Positions 39,696 to 49,822 are shown, counted from the stretch's first letter. The stretch: 64,000 nucleotides of DNA from an uncultured Alphaproteobacteria bacterium (GCA_944391395.1 CALXTI010000002.1:1-64000), one strand, 5' to 3'. Numbers and translations: made by a program. The notes: generated from the letters alone by a model not told the origin.

Positions 39696-40160
39696 ATGTT
39701 AAAGAAATATCATAATATGAAGATTGTTGAAATAAAAGAACGGACGCCGTTGTTGATTGAGAAATTGTTATGTGTTTGGGAAAATTCGGTTAAAGCGACG
39801 CATTTGTTTTTATCCGATAATGAAATAAACAACATTAAGCCGTATGTGCCGCAGGCTTTAAATAGTGTTCCTGTTTTGGTGATTGCGGAAAATGAAAAAG
39901 GAGAGCCGATAGGTTTTATGGGAGTTTCCGGCCAGATGCTTGAGATGTTATTTATCGCAAATGAAAACAGAGGGCAAGGGATAGGAAAACAGCTGCTGCA
40001 ATACGGTGTTGAAAACTATGCCGTAAACGAACTTACCGTCAATGAACAGAATCCTCTCGCCAAAGGTTTTTACGAGCATATGGGGTTTAAGGTTTATAAA
40101 AGAACGGAATTGGATGAGCAGGGAAACCCGTATCCGTTGTTATACATGAAAAGGGATTAA
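39696..40160 (+). CDS. GNAT-family N-acetyltransferase
   Basis: RGQGIGKQLLQYGVE motif and a size of 154 aa. Confidence 0.7.
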   Translation: MLKKYHNMKIVEIKERTPLLIEKLLCVWENSVKATHLFLSDNEINNIKPYVPQALNSVPVLVIAENEKGEPIGFMGVSGQMLEMLFIANENRGQGIGKQLLQYGVENYAVNELTVNEQNPLAKGFYEHMGFKVYKRTELDEQGNPYPLLYMKRD

Positions 40161-40490
40161 TAAAATCCGGTTTGAATACCCCTTTCGCAGCAAATATCGT
40201 ATCAGCGATTTTACAAAAATTTTCCGTGATTTAATCATACAATTTTAATATTTCATCAATATAATTTTATCCAGCTTGTAATTATAAACGTGGCTATTTT
40301 ACAGAAAGGCGGGGTTTGTGTCAAATTAGCCAAAAGTAGACGCATTTTTAAATGGAAAGAATTAACTTGCTGTTTTGCGTATTTTTTCATGAAAATAAGT
40401 ATTAAATTTGCAAAATCGAGTTGATTTTATCGTTGGTTTGTGTTATTCTGCATATATGATTTACAAAATTTTGTCTAAAGGAGTAAATAA

Positions 40491-41498
40491 ATGACACAGT
40501 TTATGTACGTTAATCCGGCAATGAAAAATCCTAAAACCGGAGATAATGTTCGTGAAACAGAAATTGCAAAATTAAAACAATTAAAAGAAGACGGTTATAC
40601 CATTATCGGTTTGGAGATGACCGTTTCCGAGTTGGCTGAATTGTGCGATAAAAACATAGACCCTCAACATACGGAAGGAAATGCTTTGCAATGTTGTGCC
40701 AAAGAAATTTATGAAAAAGCACCTGAGTTGTTGGGTTGGTTCAAATCAAAAGATCCTGAAAAAGTGGTGTTTGTAACAAATCGTGTGGACGTGGACTCTG
40801 TCGCGTCATATGTTTTAGCCGACAGATATTTGCAAGGTCAAGATTTGGGACCTAAAGAAAGTATTGAAAAAATCAATGAACATGATGCCTTCCAGGGATC
40901 CAAATGGGACGGGCCGAAACCGATTGAACAAGCTTTTGATCCGGAAAATAAAGTTGCCGCCCTGGCTTCATCTGTTAAAGTATTCATGGTAACGCCTCAA
41001 AACATTGAAGATGTCAAATCTTTTATTGATACAGGAAGTGTTAACGATACGATTATGAATAATTACAGGACGGTTCAGACGGGTATTATTGACCGCGTAA
41101 AATCTGGAGAAATCAAAACAGAGGTTGTGGGCGGTGTTGCATACGTTGAAACAACATTGCCTTGCGCCACCAATGTCGGGTATTCCATGGCTCCGGTTGT
41201 TGTGGCGGTTAATCCGGCGATGAAGCTCGGTTCGCAGGGTGAGCCTTTCCGCAAAGTCAGTATTTGTCAGCACGAGGTTGGATATGCTGATTTGAACGCC
41301 GTTGCCGATCAACTCAATCAAATAGAAGGCGGTTGGGGTGGAAGCCCAACATTTAAAGGTTCAAAACAAGGTGAAAACTGTAATGTCAGCTTATCTGACA
41401 TCAAAAAAGCTGTTTTTGCCAATTTGACACCTGAATATAAAGAAAAAGTTTCTTCCAATACCGGTCATACCAACGACGGTAAGAGCTTGGGAGAGTAA
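40491..41498 (+). CDS. Hypothetical protein of 335 aa. It shows very weak DHH/DHHA1-like motif resemblance (VDVDSVAS, GGWGG).
   Basis: AAAGGAG ribosome-binding site. No confident domain. Confidence 0.55.
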   Translation: MTQFMYVNPAMKNPKTGDNVRETEIAKLKQLKEDGYTIIGLEMTVSELAELCDKNIDPQHTEGNALQCCAKEIYEKAPELLGWFKSKDPEKVVFVTNRVDVDSVASYVLADRYLQGQDLGPKESIEKINEHDAFQGSKWDGPKPIEQAFDPENKVAALASSVKVFMVTPQNIEDVKSFIDTGSVNDTIMNNYRTVQTGIIDRVKSGEIKTEVVGGVAYVETTLPCATNVGYSMAPVVVAVNPAMKLGSQGEPFRKVSICQHEVGYADLNAVADQLNQIEGGWGGSPTFKGSKQGENCNVSLSDIKKAVFANLTPEYKEKVSSNTGHTNDGKSLGE

Positions 41499-41510
41499 CA
41501 TTCTATATAA

Positions 41511-41545
41511 AAGGTGCTGATAACCAATCGGCACCTTTTTGATAA
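41511..41545 (+). terminator. Hairpin (aaaggtgctgat...atcggcaccttt) with a T-rich tail, between 40491-41498 and the large gene
   Basis: Seen directly. Confidence 0.5.
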
Positions 41546-41563
41546 AAAAAACGGGGCAATAAA

Positions 41564-44500
41564 ATGAGTATAAGTGTTGATTTAGCAAAACGATATGAAA
41601 TTAAGAGTGAATATTATAAGGATTATGATGGGAAGGGCGAATATGATAATCATGTTGTGTCCATTGAGCCGAACGAAGATGATGTGGTTTCTTTCAATGG
41701 TGCAGAAGTGTGTCGCGGTCGTTTTTTAGGCCATCCGAATGATGATAAATCCTTATATTTGATTAAATCAAACACAAAACAATATCTCTACGAAGATGAT
41801 TGGTTGCTTATGGAGGGAGATAATCTTTTCATATATGGAGATTTGTGCATTCAGCAATGTGAAAATAAATGCTACATCGTTAATCTTAAAGATAATTCGG
41901 AAATTGCCTCTATTGATAACGTTTCTTTTAAAGGTTATGATGCCGAACATAAAGCATTTGCTTTTGGCGATAAGGTTTATGTGCTTGATGGTAATGAATT
42001 AACGGAATGTCAAGGTGAGGCCAAAGTACTTAAGTTTGATATGCCGACTTATGATATTAAAGCCGAAGCGTATACTGTAGGACTAGATGTTCGTCAGACC
42101 AATCAATACGAGTCGATTGCAAAACACACTTATGCGGCTGGCATACAAGATGCTAACGGAAACTTATTAGTATTTGAGCCAATATCCCAAAATACAGAAA
42201 TAGACAGGCAAGCATTAGTTGATATTTATGTGGGTAAATTGCTTGATTACAGAAGAACGCCGCAACAAAAAAAAGAGATTGACGGGATAAGGACGGCATA
42301 TTCAATACTGTATAACGAAGATATTTCTCGGCAAAAAGATGAAGGGGGATTTACTCCCTTTGAAAGACTATTATGCCATTCGCTGGAGAGATGTTTTCCA
42401 GCTTTAAAAGATTTTTATTTGGATGATTTAAAAAAGGCAACTGATGTAAACCCGAATATAGAACTAAATGTAGCATTCGTATCAAGATCATTGTTTTCTA
42501 AATCTTCCAATGACAAGTTGTCTGATGATGATATAAAATTAATGGCTGATTTTATCGCACGGAATCCGCACATAATATCTCGTTTTTCCAATGTAGAGTT
42601 TTTGCCGCTGGCAAAAGCATCGCCTGAAATGGTCGTCAATTGGGTTAAAGCTTCCGATTCATATGATAAGACAATCGAAAAATTGGAGAATTTAAAGGCG
42701 CTTGAAATACCGGCGCGTTTATTAGCATTTGAAATTTTACAGAAAAATGGTATAAAATTTTATTTTAAAGAAGATTTTGTATTGGCTCCTAATAAAGAGT
42801 TTTGGGAATGTGTTAAGGATAACGGGTTTGGTGAGCCATATAAAGCTTTTAATAAACTTTGTAATGCGCTTAAATGTTGTCATAATAAAGATAGCTTCTT
42901 CTATGTTACGACAAAAGAAATGCTTAGAGAGTTTTTGCAAGATAATCCTAAGTATGCTACCGGTTCCGGGCCAAACTGGTCTGAGGATGAATATGCCAAG
43001 TTTCTTGTTGAACACGGTCTCACAACAGATGAAAAGATGATCGCCAGGACGACAGAATTTGCGAAAATATCAAAAATTCAGCGTTCTCTTGATGCCATTC
43101 AATATGGTAAAAGAGATATTTCGTTAAACTGCAGACTTGAGGATATAGTTGATTTCACCGATTGCGATTACGCAGCACCGAGATACCATTTATCAAATGA
43201 GTCGAAAACAACGTTTCTTAATGAGATGCTGATTTATGGTAAAGGTAAAGAAGCCGCATATGCTTTGTCGCATGGTGCCTCGCCTTTTCAGAAAATTGAA
43301 TTTTTCAGAGGTAAAAAAACGGGGATGCCGTTTGCGGGAGTGTTTTTGCGCACAATGAAAGATAATTTTTCCGGTGTTCAATCTTTGATGAACGAGATTG
43401 CCCGAAATCTGGATGCCAAATCAGGTCAACAAATTATTGCCGACATCGAAAAATCTTTGGGGCAGAATCTGCGACAAATGCCGGAGGTTGTTCAAATTAT
43501 GAAAAATATGCGTGAGACATTTATGCACGCTAAATTTGAATATGAAAAAAAGCACAGAGAAGATCAAAAATATCAAAAGGAGCTGGATGAAAGCCGAAAG
43601 TTTAAGGCAGAACATCAGCAGGAAATAGATGAGTTGGATAAAGCGTATCGGATTGCAACCCGACAAAAAATTGATGAATATTTTCCCATATTTGATGGCG
43701 AAAAAACGTTTGACTTGGGAACACATTCTGTAAAGCTTGTTTTATACACTCAAGAAAATTTAGATCAAGTCAAAGAAAAAATCGTGGAACTTGAAGCTCA
43801 TCATCAGCTGGTTGATGAGATTGTTAAGAAATTGGTTGAAAAAAATGAAAATACCGGAAAATCGTTGGCTAATCGCTTTAATGAGCTTGGATATGATGTT
43901 GAGGTGGCAGATAACGGAGTTACGTATCGGCCAAAAGATAATCTCTACTATCCCGCTACGACTATACCTTTTTCCCAAGATACGCTTACAGATTTAGATG
44001 AATTTGTTGCGAAACAGGAAAAATATCGGCGGATTGAGCAAGAACAAAAGCTTGAAAAATTACGTCAAATAGCAACACAAGAAAAAAAACGGCAACAGAA
44101 AGAGCAATATGAAGCCATGGGCTTGCCTTCCGATGTGCAGGTGTGGCATCGTGTCGGTGCGGGAACAATGTGTGGAGATGGTTGGGTAATAAAATCTGAC
44201 GGCTCGTTTAGAGAACCGGATACATTTACTCCTAAAAAGAAGTTCAGTTCGGACGGGTTTAAATGTTGGAAACAAATTCTTCCCGGCGAAGTTGCGTTAT
44301 CTTGGAAAAAAGACAGTGCTGCTTCAGAACATGATTTTGAGGTTATTTACGTGCCACAAGAAGGTTTGAGTAATCAACAGAAAGAACAAATATTAAAAAT
44401 TGAAGAGGATATACAGGAAGAATGGAAAGACCGTAAGGGAATTTCATCCGGAGAACCATCGCCGTCCGTTGGTTATGGTTGGAATATTTGCGGCAGAAAA

Positions 44501-44671
44501 GAGCCTCTGTTAAGAGATGAGGAATATGAGTTTTCGCAACAAGATACGCAAGATGTTAAAAACATAAACACATCTGCAGACGAAGAAGCGGCAGATATAC
44601 CGGATCGCCCTGCCACGACTGAAGATTTAGCCGCACTTATGAAACATTTTGGAGGAAATGGTAGAAAATAG
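41564..44671 (+). CDS. Large hypothetical protein of 1035 aa with a central Lys/Glu/Gln-rich coiled-coil region. Effector-like.
   Basis: Long uninterrupted ORF with no P-loop or other recognisable catalytic motif. Confidence 0.6.
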   Translation: MSISVDLAKRYEIKSEYYKDYDGKGEYDNHVVSIEPNEDDVVSFNGAEVCRGRFLGHPNDDKSLYLIKSNTKQYLYEDDWLLMEGDNLFIYGDLCIQQCENKCYIVNLKDNSEIASIDNVSFKGYDAEHKAFAFGDKVYVLDGNELTECQGEAKVLKFDMPTYDIKAEAYTVGLDVRQTNQYESIAKHTYAAGIQDANGNLLVFEPISQNTEIDRQALVDIYVGKLLDYRRTPQQKKEIDGIRTAYSILYNEDISRQKDEGGFTPFERLLCHSLERCFPALKDFYLDDLKKATDVNPNIELNVAFVSRSLFSKSSNDKLSDDDIKLMADFIARNPHIISRFSNVEFLPLAKASPEMVVNWVKASDSYDKTIEKLENLKALEIPARLLAFEILQKNGIKFYFKEDFVLAPNKEFWECVKDNGFGEPYKAFNKLCNALKCCHNKDSFFYVTTKEMLREFLQDNPKYATGSGPNWSEDEYAKFLVEHGLTTDEKMIARTTEFAKISKIQRSLDAIQYGKRDISLNCRLEDIVDFTDCDYAAPRYHLSNESKTTFLNEMLIYGKGKEAAYALSHGASPFQKIEFFRGKKTGMPFAGVFLRTMKDNFSGVQSLMNEIARNLDAKSGQQIIADIEKSLGQNLRQMPEVVQIMKNMRETFMHAKFEYEKKHREDQKYQKELDESRKFKAEHQQEIDELDKAYRIATRQKIDEYFPIFDGEKTFDLGTHSVKLVLYTQENLDQVKEKIVELEAHHQLVDEIVKKLVEKNENTGKSLANRFNELGYDVEVADNGVTYRPKDNLYYPATTIPFSQDTLTDLDEFVAKQEKYRRIEQEQKLEKLRQIATQEKKRQQKEQYEAMGLPSDVQVWHRVGAGTMCGDGWVIKSDGSFREPDTFTPKKKFSSDGFKCWKQILPGEVALSWKKDSAASEHDFEVIYVPQEGLSNQQKEQILKIEEDIQEEWKDRKGISSGEPSPSVGYGWNICGRKEPLLRDEEYEFSQQDTQDVKNINTSADEEAADIPDRPATTEDLAALMKHFGGNGRK

Positions 44672-44706
44672 GTACAAAATTTAAATCGTTACAAGCAGAA
44701 GTTATA

Positions 44707-45765
44707 TCATTTTTTTAGAATATAAGAAACTCCCCGAGTTGTTCCAAGTTTTGTTAAAAATCCTTTTTTAACCAGATTTTGAACTGATTTTCGGATTGTT
44801 TCTGCATTTTTGCCTGTTTTTTGAACAATTTCAGGCATGCTTAATTCAGTTTTTTCGGTAAATAAGCCTAAAATTTCATGCGCTGTGGAAGATAATTTTT
44901 CTATATTTGTTTTTTGCAAATTTTGAATTTTATCTTCCAAAGCTCTTTTTTGTTTTTGCAAAGACGTTACAAAAAATGACAGCCATGGCTCATAATCTAT
45001 TTTATCACGCCATATTGTTTTTTGTGTGCCGCGAAGCGCTCTATAATATGCCTCCTTACTCGTCTCGATAATGGATTCCATAGATGCATAAGGCATGTAG
45101 CTGTAGTTGTTTTTAAGCATCAAAAGAACCGTTAAAGCACGAGACAGGCGCCCATTTCCATCTGTAAACGGATGAATGGATAAAAAATGTACGATAAACA
45201 CACCAATCGTGATGATAGGATGCAAAAAGCGATCCTTAAATGTGTCATTTGTCCATTGTATTAATTCCCGCATGAGCCTTGGTGTGTCAAACGGAGTAGC
45301 CGTCTCAAAAATAGTGCCAATTTCTTTACCTGATGCATTATATGCCGCAACTCTGTTGGAATCTGTTTTATATTCCCCGCGATGACGTTCATCTTTTGAT
45401 GAATATTTTAAAAGTATTTGATGTAACTGTTTGATATAGTTTTCCGTTAAGGGAATATCTTCATAGTTTTCAAATATTGTATTAATCAAATCCGAATAGC
45501 CGGCAACTTCTTCTTCATCTCTGGAGCTAAAAGATTTTTTGTTAATACGGCTAAACAACTCCTCAATTTCGGCATCACTCATCTTGTTGCCTTCTATTCT
45601 GTTGGAAGATCCAACAGATTCTATTGTGGCAATTCGTTTCATAATCCTTAGCTCTGCCGGGGTTAGTTTTAACACATCCGAACGCCAAGAACCAATAAAT
45701 TGATCTATCTCGGCAATTTTGTTTAACATATCCGGAGTTATTGTAATATCTTTTATTTTGGGCAT
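44707..45765 (-). CDS. Fic/DOC-family protein (HPFTDGNGR motif) with a C-terminal winged helix-turn-helix
   Basis: Canonical Fic motif HPFxDGNGRxxR. AAAGGAGA ribosome-binding site. Confidence 0.85.
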   Translation of the reverse strand: MPKIKDITITPDMLNKIAEIDQFIGSWRSDVLKLTPAELRIMKRIATIESVGSSNRIEGNKMSDAEIEELFSRINKKSFSSRDEEEVAGYSDLINTIFENYEDIPLTENYIKQLHQILLKYSSKDERHRGEYKTDSNRVAAYNASGKEIGTIFETATPFDTPRLMRELIQWTNDTFKDRFLHPIITIGVFIVHFLSIHPFTDGNGRLSRALTVLLMLKNNYSYMPYASMESIIETSKEAYYRALRGTQKTIWRDKIDYEPWLSFFVTSLQKQKRALEDKIQNLQKTNIEKLSSTAHEILGLFTEKTELSMPEIVQKTGKNAETIRKSVQNLVKKGFLTKLGTTRGVSYILKK

Positions 45766-45781
45766 ACTATCTCCTTTTGTT

Positions 45782-45855
45782 TTACCAGATATTACCAGAT
45801 ATTACCAGATAAGTCAAGATATAGTTACCAGATAGCGTAAAACAATTACCAGATA
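45782..45855. promoter_or_regulatory. Five copies of the direct repeat TTACCAGATA, three of them perfectly tandem at 10-bp periodicity, immediately upstream of the fic start
   Basis: ttaccagata at 45782, 45792, 45802, 45825 and 45846. Confidence 0.7.
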
Positions 45856-46041
45856 TTCCCGGATAAGGGTGTTTCAGCTAGAGAGCCTTGCGTGTAAAGT
45901 TTCTATTTAAAACTTATTTGCAATGATAGCGCTTTTGATTTTTGAGACCAAAGATTTATCGATACTTACGTTTTTTACTTGTGATGGGAGTGTCGTATCA
46001 GCTTTTTGAGTTTTCTTTATGATACAATGTTTGGATTAATC

Positions 46042-46236
46042 GATCGTTTAATGTTAACATCCACATTGTTACCATAACATATTTTTGTCTAATATGCAAC
46101 ATTTTTTACGCATTATCTATACAGCTTTTTTATTAATATTTTCTTAGTATCGTTTTTATTTTCTTTTTTTATTTGGATAAAAAATTGTCAATTTAAACCG
46201 TTAACATTAAACGATCTTTTAATGCTGCATTGCATG
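46042..46236. repeat. Perfect 17-bp inverted repeat (GATCGTTTAATGTTAAC / GTTAACATTAAACGATC) bracketing an AT-rich spacer of about 160 bp, upstream of the ankyrin gene
   Basis: The arms at 46042-46058 and 46220-46236 are exact reverse complements. Confidence 0.6.
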
Positions 46237-46266
46237 TAAAAGTCGACTATTTGGGAGGATAAAACA

Positions 46267-47694
46267 ATGAAATGGGATCCATATGAAAACGGTTATCTTG
46301 GGGAATTCTTTTCCGTAGATCAATATGATTCGAAAGACGAACCTTGCGTGGTCAAAGACGCGAGAGAATTAAAAGCCGGTACATCATATTCGGAACACAT
46401 GCTTGATTTGAACGAATTGATGGAAAAAGGTGTTGTTCACCGCGATGATAAAATAGATTTGTCCGAGATGCCGGAAATTGAAACCATTCAGGCGGCCAGC
46501 CAAGAGCAATTAGATATGTTAACGCCGGAATCTAAAAAGCAAATTAAGGCTATTCATTTAAGCAATAACACGCCGTTTGGTTGGAATGAGGAACTTGATT
46601 ATAACAACATTTACGGAATGGATACCAATTTGGATTTGTCTTCTTATGAAAATGTGAGCGAAGTTCAGACACATTTTTATGTAAACAATGATTTGGAAGA
46701 TATTGTTTTGCCCCCAAAAGTTACCGAGATTTTGTGTCAGCATTCCAAGATGGAAAATTTGCGAAAACACGGTAATCTTGAAGATATTAAGGTTGAGGCA
46801 TCTTCTACGGAAACAGCATTTGTTAGTTATTATGGCCGGGAAAAGAAAGGATGGGAATTTGCACAGGATTATTTAAGGACCGGCGATATTGAAAAACTTC
46901 ATGCGTTTAAGGAACATGGCGGGGATATGCAGCTGCTTTTATCGGAAGCAATCAAGAAAGGCAGTATAGATACTGTTCAGGAAGTCGTGGAAAACGGAGC
47001 GGATGTCAATAAAAACACCGTAGATTATTGCGGTGATACATTAAATTATCCGTTAGAAGAAGCCGTGTCGGAGGATACAAGAGATTATCAGCGCAGAGAT
47101 ATTGTGGAATATTTGATTGCTCAGGGCGCTAAGCTTGAAGGGCGGGAAGGCTCTTATTCTCCGTTAAGCATACAACTGCGACAAGAAGTTAAAGATTATA
47201 AATGTATTGATTTGTTGCTTAAATCCGGTGCGCCCGTAACCTCTGAGGATGTCAAATCCGCTCTTAGTGATGCTAAAGCATTTGAGGTGTTGATGAAAAA
47301 CGGATATCAACCAACCGACAGAGATATGAGCACATTTGTAAGGAGAAATTATGACGGTGCTCACGAGCAAGACCTTGAGGATAAGATAAAAATTGTGAAT
47401 TTAATGGTTCAAGCTCGTCCCGATGCTTTAAAAGAAGGTGGTGCGTTGAAAGACTTTGAATCTAAGTATCCAGAATTGCAACAATATCGCGCCAATATGA
47501 CAAAGGCTGCAGAAAATAGCGCGACACGCGATAATCGGGAATATTTGAAAGCCGTCATGGAAAAAGAAAAACAAAGACGTTATGTCCAACAAGAGCAAAT
47601 CGGTGAAAAAGCGGAAAATAAATCCGTTGCACCGGCTCAGAAAAATGCCGGTCTTCATGATTTGAAGAATCACAAAGACGATTTGGCAAAGTAG
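46267..47694 (+). CDS. Ankyrin-repeat-containing protein, effector-like
   Basis: Repeated ...G(A)DVN...LL..GA... ankyrin-like units in the central region. GGGAGGA ribosome-binding site. Confidence 0.65.
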   Translation: MKWDPYENGYLGEFFSVDQYDSKDEPCVVKDARELKAGTSYSEHMLDLNELMEKGVVHRDDKIDLSEMPEIETIQAASQEQLDMLTPESKKQIKAIHLSNNTPFGWNEELDYNNIYGMDTNLDLSSYENVSEVQTHFYVNNDLEDIVLPPKVTEILCQHSKMENLRKHGNLEDIKVEASSTETAFVSYYGREKKGWEFAQDYLRTGDIEKLHAFKEHGGDMQLLLSEAIKKGSIDTVQEVVENGADVNKNTVDYCGDTLNYPLEEAVSEDTRDYQRRDIVEYLIAQGAKLEGREGSYSPLSIQLRQEVKDYKCIDLLLKSGAPVTSEDVKSALSDAKAFEVLMKNGYQPTDRDMSTFVRRNYDGAHEQDLEDKIKIVNLMVQARPDALKEGGALKDFESKYPELQQYRANMTKAAENSATRDNREYLKAVMEKEKQRRYVQQEQIGEKAENKSVAPAQKNAGLHDLKNHKDDLAK

Positions 47695-47711
47695 TTTGTT
47701 GCTCATAAGAT

Positions 47712-47752
47712 TAAAAACGCATTGGTTTTGCAATCAATGCGTTTTTAATTTG
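47712..47752 (+). terminator. Hairpin terminator after the ankyrin gene (aaacgcattg...caatgcgttt followed by TTAATTT)
   Basis: Seen directly. Confidence 0.45.
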
Positions 47753-47850
47753 GCCATAACATCGAAAATAAAAAAATATTGACAAAAAGCCCAAAAAGAG
47801 GTGTATTGATTTTGTTTAAGAAGTTATTGTGAAATTAAATTGCAAAAGAT

Positions 47851-48321
47851 ATGAAAAAAATGAAAAAAGAAGCAGAGCTTGAATTTTTGATGAGCTCTGC
47901 CAAAGAAGAAAAAAGAGAATACTCAAAACAATTCGGGATTTGCACGCCGAATCTGAGTTATCTCATGGAAGAAAACCGTGAGATTTTTGACGAGATTATC
48001 TCGGAGTGCAAGAGAATTCCGGATACCGTCATGGCGGCTATGATTGAAGAGGAAAAATATCTTGACGTCATTATGGCAAGATGTCTTTCCGAAGACAATC
48101 AGGTAAAATTTGTAGAATATTGGCCGGAGAAGGTGGCGCAATATTTGCAAATTTTGGAGGCCAATCTTGAAGACGGCCGCGGCGCGTATCTCTGCCGGGA
48201 GGCAGAAGAAATATATGAGGAGATTCGGGAAGAAGATTCTTCTCTGCCGGAACTGAAGGTTCGCCTTTCCGGCACTCCGGCGATCAATTCGCCATTTGCC
48301 GTTCTGGCAAACGCGTTTTGA
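47851..48321 (+). CDS. Hypothetical acidic protein of 156 aa
   Basis: ORF followed by a strong terminator. No domain. Confidence 0.45.
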   Translation: MKKMKKEAELEFLMSSAKEEKREYSKQFGICTPNLSYLMEENREIFDEIISECKRIPDTVMAAMIEEEKYLDVIMARCLSEDNQVKFVEYWPEKVAQYLQILEANLEDGRGAYLCREAEEIYEEIREEDSSLPELKVRLSGTPAINSPFAVLANAF

Positions 48322-48336
48322 TTGAAAAAAACGAAT

Positions 48337-48373
48337 GAGAGAAACATCGTGTAAACGATGTTTCTCTTTTGTT
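48337..48373 (+). terminator. Rho-independent terminator (gagagaaacatcg-tgtaaa-cgatgtttctct followed by TTTGTTG)
   Basis: Seen directly. Confidence 0.65.
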
Positions 48374-48393
48374 GTCTTTAAAATATCCTTTTT

Positions 48394-48507
48394 ATGATTC
48401 GAACGTAACACTACCTGCGTATGCAGGTAGAGGTAGGCATGCCAACCCGGCCATAGGTTTGCAAAGCTTTGGGGTAGGGCGAACGAAGTTCGGAATGATA
48501 ACACTAT
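48394..48507 (+). repeat. Copy C of the intergenic repeat family (same family as 27827-27992 and 28716-28833). It contains the perfect hairpin ctacctgc-gtat-gcaggtag.
   Basis: atgattcgaacgtaacactacctgcgtatgcaggtagaggtaggcatgcc...gcaaagctttggggtagggcgaacgaagttcggaatgataa aligns with copies A and B. Confidence 0.65.
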
Positions 48508-48676
48508 TTGCGTAAGCCAGGGGAAGTTCATTTTGTAAACATAATCAATTAGCATCTTTTCTTATGGCGGTATTGATTCAATATTTTCCACAAGCCGATA
48601 AAAACCCTTGACTTAGGGTTAACTCTAATATTTATACGTGTATATGTCTTAATGATAACATTTTAGCGAGGTTTGT

Positions 48677-49768
48677 ATGAAAATGATTGGAGTTTTAAGT
48701 TCGTTTATTATCGGAGCTTTGGCGGCGAGCGCTGCTTTTTATTATTTTTGCCCGGGCAAGAAGGCGGAAATAAAGTCGCAGCCGGTTAAAGCGAATCCGA
48801 ATGAGATTGTTTTGAACAACGACTGGGACAAGACATTTGCAAAAAGCGACAAGGTGGATACGCACAAAGTTGTGTTTAAAAATCGTTTCGGCGTGCCGTT
48901 GGTCGGCGATTTGTATATGCCCAAAAACAGAGGAAACAAGCCGTTGGCGGCGATTGCGGTGTCCGGTCCGTTCGGTGCGGTCAAAGAACAGGTTTCCGGC
49001 CGTTATGCCCAGACATTGGCCGAACGCGGTTTTGTAACGTTGGCTTTTGACCCGTCGTTTACCGGTGAAAGCGGCGGGGCTGTTCGTGATGTTGCCTCAC
49101 CGGATATCAACACCGATGATTTCAGCGCCGCGGTTGACTATCTGACCACGTTGCCGGAGGTTAATGCCGATGCAATCGGCATTATCGGTATTTGCGGTTT
49201 CGGCGGTTTCGGTTTGAATGCCGCGGCGCAAGATACGCGCATAAAAGCGACGGTTACTTCCACCATGTATGACATGACGCGGGTGTCGGCACACGGCTAT
49301 AATGATTCCATGTCGGACGAAGACTTATATAAAATGCGTGAGGATTTGAACAATCAGCGCACGCAAGACGCCAAAACCGGCACTTTTGCCAAAGCGGCGC
49401 CATTGCCGGATAAATTGACCGGTGATGAACCGCAGTTTGTAAAAGACTATGTCAATTTTTATAAAACGCCGCTGGGTTTTCACAAACGTTCCATCGGTTC
49501 CAACGGGGCGTGGAACGCGACATCGGCTTTGTCTTTGATTACGCAGCCGATTTTGGCTTACAGCCATAGCATCAAAAATCCGGTGTTGATGATTCACGGT
49601 GAAAAAGCGCACAGCCGTTATTTTTCGGAAGACGCGTTTAAAAAACTGACGGGCGATAATAAAGAGTTGCTGATTGTCCCCGGTGCCAATCACACGGATT
49701 TGTATTATAAAATGGACGTGATTCCGTTTGACAAGATGGAGCAATTTTTCAGAGATAATTTGAAATAA
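48677..49768 (+). CDS. Alpha/beta hydrolase (dienelactone-hydrolase-like) with an N-terminal transmembrane anchor
   Basis: PLAAIAVSGPFGAVKEQ...VTLAFDPSFTGESGG alpha/beta-hydrolase-fold features. Confidence 0.65.
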   Translation: MKMIGVLSSFIIGALAASAAFYYFCPGKKAEIKSQPVKANPNEIVLNNDWDKTFAKSDKVDTHKVVFKNRFGVPLVGDLYMPKNRGNKPLAAIAVSGPFGAVKEQVSGRYAQTLAERGFVTLAFDPSFTGESGGAVRDVASPDINTDDFSAAVDYLTTLPEVNADAIGIIGICGFGGFGLNAAAQDTRIKATVTSTMYDMTRVSAHGYNDSMSDEDLYKMREDLNNQRTQDAKTGTFAKAAPLPDKLTGDEPQFVKDYVNFYKTPLGFHKRSIGSNGAWNATSALSLITQPILAYSHSIKNPVLMIHGEKAHSRYFSEDAFKKLTGDNKELLIVPGANHTDLYYKMDVIPFDKMEQFFRDNLK

Positions 49769-49788
49769 GCAAAATCTGAACGAAAGAT

Positions 49789-49822
49789 GAGCGGGCGCGG
49801 TTTTCAGGCTCGCTCTTTTTTT
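49789..49822 (+). terminator. Rho-independent terminator (gagcgggc...gctcgctc followed by TTTTTTT)
   Basis: Seen directly. Confidence 0.65.

Noticed and set aside
45782-45855. Possible CRISPR array
   Set aside because: The repeats are only 10 bp with 0-13 bp spacers, far too short. No cas genes are present.
47923-48555. 210-aa minus-strand ORF
   Set aside because: It overlaps the plus-strand gene 47851-48321 and runs through a terminator and repeat copy C. It has low-complexity translation.
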